A DNA stretch of 64,000 nt from Mobula hypostoma. Its lineage: Eukaryota. This document shows, in pieces, positions 59,870-64,000 of this stretch. The DNA lies in assembly GCF_963921235.1 (NCBI RefSeq), contig NC_086097.1, forward strand, positions 216,010,001 through 216,074,000, written 5' to 3'. Position 1 is the stretch's first letter; each line of letters opens with the position of its first letter. The notes beneath the pieces are model-generated. The model worked only from the letters and a program-made list of their open reading frames with translations, had not been told where the DNA came from and did no database searches. A program made the position numbers and the translations under genes.

Positions 59870-62000
59870 CACACATTGTGGAGCAGACCACTGTTTCGGA
59901 AGTCTGACCACTCCTTCATCCTGCTTCTGAAACAAGAGGCTGCCATAATTAAAATCGTCCACTGTTGGTCCGACCAATCAGTCTCCATGCTATAGGACTG
60001 CTTTGATCACGTGGACAGGAATGTCTTTCATGATGAGGATGTCTCTGAGTTCCTGGAAGGGGTCACGAGCTTCATACAGAAGTACATCGAGGACGTTGTC
60101 CCCCAGAAATTGGTCAGGGTCTATCTAAACCAGAAATACTGGATCAACAGCTGTGTGTGTGCTGCACTCACTGTGCAAGACAGAGCTTCCGCTGCCGGTA
60201 GCCACCAGGAACTCAAGAAATGCAGCTACAATCTATGCAAAGTCATCAAAGCAGTGAACCAACAATACAGAGACAAGATCCAGATATGACTCTCCACAAG
60301 CAACGCACGTAGCTTACGGCAAGGTCTGTACACCACTGCAGACATCAAAGCTAAATGCAGTGGTGCTGCCTCTCTCCCAGACGATCTAAATCTTTTTCAT
60401 GCTCGGTTTGATGTTGCCAACACTGAGCCCCTGAGGAGAGCTGCCGATACGACCTGCACCTTGGTTGTCTCTGAGGCTGAAGAGTGCACGTGTAACCAAT
60501 AAGAGAACAGCTGCAAGGCTGCGGGACCGGACAGCATCTCAGGGCAGGGCAGGCACTCAGAGAGTGCACAGCACAACTGGTTGGTGTGTTTGCAGACATT
60601 TTTAATCTCTCCCTCTCCCAGTGTAGACTGCCCTTCTGATTCAAAACATCTACCAATGTCCCTGTACCTAAAAATACCAAGGTAACATGTCTGAATGACT
60701 GGCATCCTGTCACGCTCACCTCAATAATAAGGAAATGTTTTGAGAGGCTGGTCAAGGACTACATCTGCAGCATCTACCATCTACACTGGACTCCCTGCAA
60801 TTCGCCTACCAACACAACCAATCAATAGATAACACAATAGCCACATCTCTACACACCATTCTTACGCACCTGGAGAGGAGCGATGCTTATGTGAGAGTGC
60901 GGTTCCTGGACTACAGTTCAGCATTCAACACCGTAATTCCCTCCAGGCTTAACAAAAAGCTCAACCTTCACCCTGCCTTGTATAGCTGGATCCTGGACTT
61001 CCTGTCAGATCGCCAGCAGGTGGTAAGAGTGGGCTCCCTCACCTCTGCCCCTCCGGCCCTCAACACAGGTGCCCCTCAGGGCTGTGTGCTAAGCCCCCTC
61101 CTTTACTTCCTGTATACCCATGACTGTGTTGCCACCCACAACTCCAATCTGCTAATTAAATTTGCTGACGACACTACACTGATCGGCCTAATCACAAATA
61201 ATAACGAGGAAGCGTACAGAGAAGAAGTCATCACCCTGACACAGAGATGTCAAGAAATCAAACTCTCCCTCAATGTCGCAAAAACAAAGGAGCTGGTTGT
61301 GGACTACAGGAGGAACGGAGACAGAGTCACTCCTATTGACATCAATCGACCTGGGGTTGAGAGGGTGAACAGTTTAAAGTTCCTTGGTATACACATCACC
61401 AAAGATCTCACTAGGTCTGTACATACAGACTGTGTGGTGAAAAAAAGCATAACAACGCCTCTTTCACCTCAGAAGGTTGATGAAGTTTGGCATGATTCAC
61501 CAAATCCTTAGGACTTTCTACAGGGGCACAATTGAGAGCATCCTGACTAGCTATATCACTGCCTGGTATGGGAACTGTACTTCTTTCAATCGCAGGGCTC
61601 TGCAGAGAGTGGTGCGGACAGCCTAGCGCATCAGTAGATGTGAACTTCTCACTATTCAGGGCATTTACAGTGATAGGTGCGTAAAAAAGGCCCGAAGGAT
61701 CATTGGGGACCTGAGTCACCCCAACCATAAACTGTTCCAGTCGCTACCATCTGGAAAACAGTACTGCAGCATAAAAGCCAGGACCAACAGGCTTCGGGAC
61801 AGGCCATCAGACTGATTAATTCATGCTGACACAATTGTATTTCTAAGCTATATTGACTGTTCTGTTGCATATCTTACTGTACATACTAGTTATTACAAAT
61901 TCCTATAATTTACACATTGCACATTCAAATGGAATCATAATGTAAATATTTTTACTCATGTAAGTGAAGGATGTAAGAAATAAAGTCAACTCAATTCAAA
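59870..62000 (+). mobile_element. Rex1/Babar LINE, 5'-truncated
   Basis: SDHS at the end of the endonuclease, FLDYSSAFNTV, GAPQGCVLSPLLY, KFADDTTLIG, KTKELVVDYRR. Tail AAATAAAGTCAA(C/T)TCAATTCAA. Confidence 0.95.
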
Positions 62001-62109
62001 ATTCAGTTCTGCTCAGCCTGGTCATGCACTGCATCCTAACCTACCTCCAATCATCTTGCCATCCAATTCAGATAAACTAGGATGAGAGAGTGAGGTTGAC
62101 GACCTATGC

Positions 62110-63158
62110 AACACTCCCACACTTAGGCTGCTTAACAAACTAAAATCCCATGGCATTTCAGGAAAGGTACCGGCACAGATAGAGAAATGGCTGATAGGCA
62201 GGAGGCAGTGAGTGGGAATAAAGGGGGCCTTTTCTGGTTGGCTTCCAGAAACTAGTGGTGTTCCTTAAGGGTCAGTATTGGGAGCACTACTTTACACATT
62301 GTTTGTCAATGATTAAGATAATGGAATTGATGGCTTTGTGGCAAAGTTTGCAGACGATACGAAGATAGGTGGATGAGTAAGTAGTGCTGAGGAAGCAATG
62401 CAATTGAAGAAGGACTTAGACAAATTGGAAAAATGGGCAAAAAAGTGTCAGATGGAATGCAGTGTTAGGAAATACAGGATAATGCATTTTGGTAAAAGGA
62501 ACAATAGTGCAGACTATTATCTAAATGGGGAGAAAAATTCAAATATCAGAGGTGCAGAGGGACTTCAGAGTCCTTGTGCAAGATGCCCGGAAAGTTGAGT
62601 CTGAGGTAAAGAAGGCAAACGCAATGTTGTCATTCACTTTTTAGGGGAATACAATAAAAAAGCAAGGAAATAATGTCAAGGCTTTAGAAGACACTAGTCA
62701 GGCCGCACTTGGAATATTGATTTAGGCCCCAAATCTCAGAAAGGATGTGTTGTCATTGGAGAGAGTCCAGAGGAGGTTCACAGGATGATTTCGAGAATGA
62801 AGGGGTTAACACATGAGAAGACTTTGGCAGCTTTATGTCTGTACTCACTGAAATTTAGAAGAAGAATATGTGGGGATCTCATTGCAACCTACCGAATGTT
62901 GAAAGGACTAGAGAGGGTGGATGTGGAAAGGATGATTCCTTTAGTAGGGGTATCCAGATCAAGAGGCCGCAACCTCAAAATTGAAGGGTGACCCCTTAGA
63001 ACACAGGTAAGGAGGAATATTTTTAGCCAGAGAGTGGTGAATCTGTGGGAAGGCAGGTGTATGGGGTTGAGTCGGATCCGGGGTCAGCCATGATGGAATG
63101 GCAGAGCAGACTTGATGGGCTGAATGGCCTAATTCTGTTCCTATGTCTTACGGTCTTA
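62110..63158 (+). mobile_element. CR1 RT and 3' end, diverged relative of 3391-5674
   Basis: RLLNKLKSHGI...GFVAKFADDTKIGG...LERVQRRFTG. 3'UTR ends TCTTACGGTCTTA. Confidence 0.92.
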
Positions 63159-63469
63159 AATCAAACTCACATGCAAGTCACGACATCCAAATCCAAGTCC
63201 TCTGGCGAAGGGTGAGTGACAAAGCAGCAGATGAGGATACGCTGGAAGCTGTAACTGTGGACCTGTACACAGGCCAATGGGTCGTTTCTCATTAACCAGC
63301 GGGACTCAGCAGCCACCTGAATGACTGAGCAGGACCACACTGCGCACCTCCGTAGCATGAGGAAGGGGCTAAAAAAAAAAGGCTCCGTAAACATTAACTA
63401 CTTCACTCAACCTTAGACAGGGAACCACAGCTGGCGGGAATCCCACTTCAGCAGTCGAAATCAAAGAAA

Positions 63470-64000
63470 TCGAACGAAAGCAACACCGCTCAGCATCAGC
63501 ACATGGTACATGCGAACGTTAATGGACCACGCCATCGAACAGACCAGAGAGAAGAAATGCTCTGGTGGCAAGAGAACTGGAGAGGTGCAACATTGACATT
63601 GCAACTCTCTCAGAGACTCGCTTGCCCAATGAAGGCCAACTGACAGAAACAGGTGGCGGCTACATTCTTCTGGACTGGGCGTAGCAGCACCAAATGCCGC
63701 GAAGCAAGAACTGGATTTGCTATCAAGAACCACCTTGTCCGAACGCTTACCAGTCTGCCAAAAGGATTCAACGATCGCCTAATGACCATGTAACTACCCC
63801 TGAGGAATAAACGCAATGTCATGCTGATCAGTGCCCAAGGCCTGATGATGACCAACCCAGAGGAAGCCAAAGGCAAGTTCTATGGAGAGCTAACTTCCCT
63901 GACTGAGGCTATACCAAGGTCAGACAAGCTCCTTCTCCTTGGAGATTTCAGTGCTCACATGGGAAGAGATCACAATACCTGGGATGGAGTCCCAGAGCAC
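63470..64000 (+). mobile_element. RTE-clade LINE, APE endonuclease region (continues beyond the window; 63160-63470 may be its 5'UTR)
   Basis: LSISTWYMRTLMD (GTWNVRTL-like), LSETRL, GGGYTFFWTG, GFAIKN, NDRLMTM, KFYGEL, LLLLGDFSAH. Confidence 0.9.

Noticed and set aside
57620..62000. Head-to-head Rex1 pair as one inverted (twin-primed) insertion
   Set aside because: The two halves overlap in RT coverage, have different 3' tails and look like different subfamilies. No shared TSD was seen.

Overview
Repeat-rich, AT-rich vertebrate non-coding DNA, either intronic or intergenic. The repeat repertoire resembles a cartilaginous fish such as a ray (inference). I recognise no intact host protein-coding exon, and every long ORF in the track is a decayed transposable-element ORF or its antisense shadow. 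Contents: many 5'-truncated CR1 and Rex1/Babar LINEs; RTE, Tx1/L1 and L2-like fragments; two hAT non-autonomous elements; a Tc1 end; tRNA-derived SINEs; a solo LTR; two families of Penelope-like elements carrying minimal hammerhead ribozymes; and a 3.46-kb internally deleted Ty3/Gypsy element (46622-50081, minus strand). Highlights: (1) the Gypsy element has no tRNA PBS; the 15 nt after its 5' LTR are complementary to its own LTR around the AATAAA signal (candidate self-priming), and its RT motif reads YLDN; (2) Penelope insertions share one TSD/inverted-arm/forward-arm/tail architecture at 1.2 kb, 268 bp and 26 bp, including a young palindrome with a hammerhead on each strand; (3) 86-bp and 49-bp flanking duplications; (4) a hAT element with a 6-bp TSD. 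Boundaries of old repeats are by-eye approximations.
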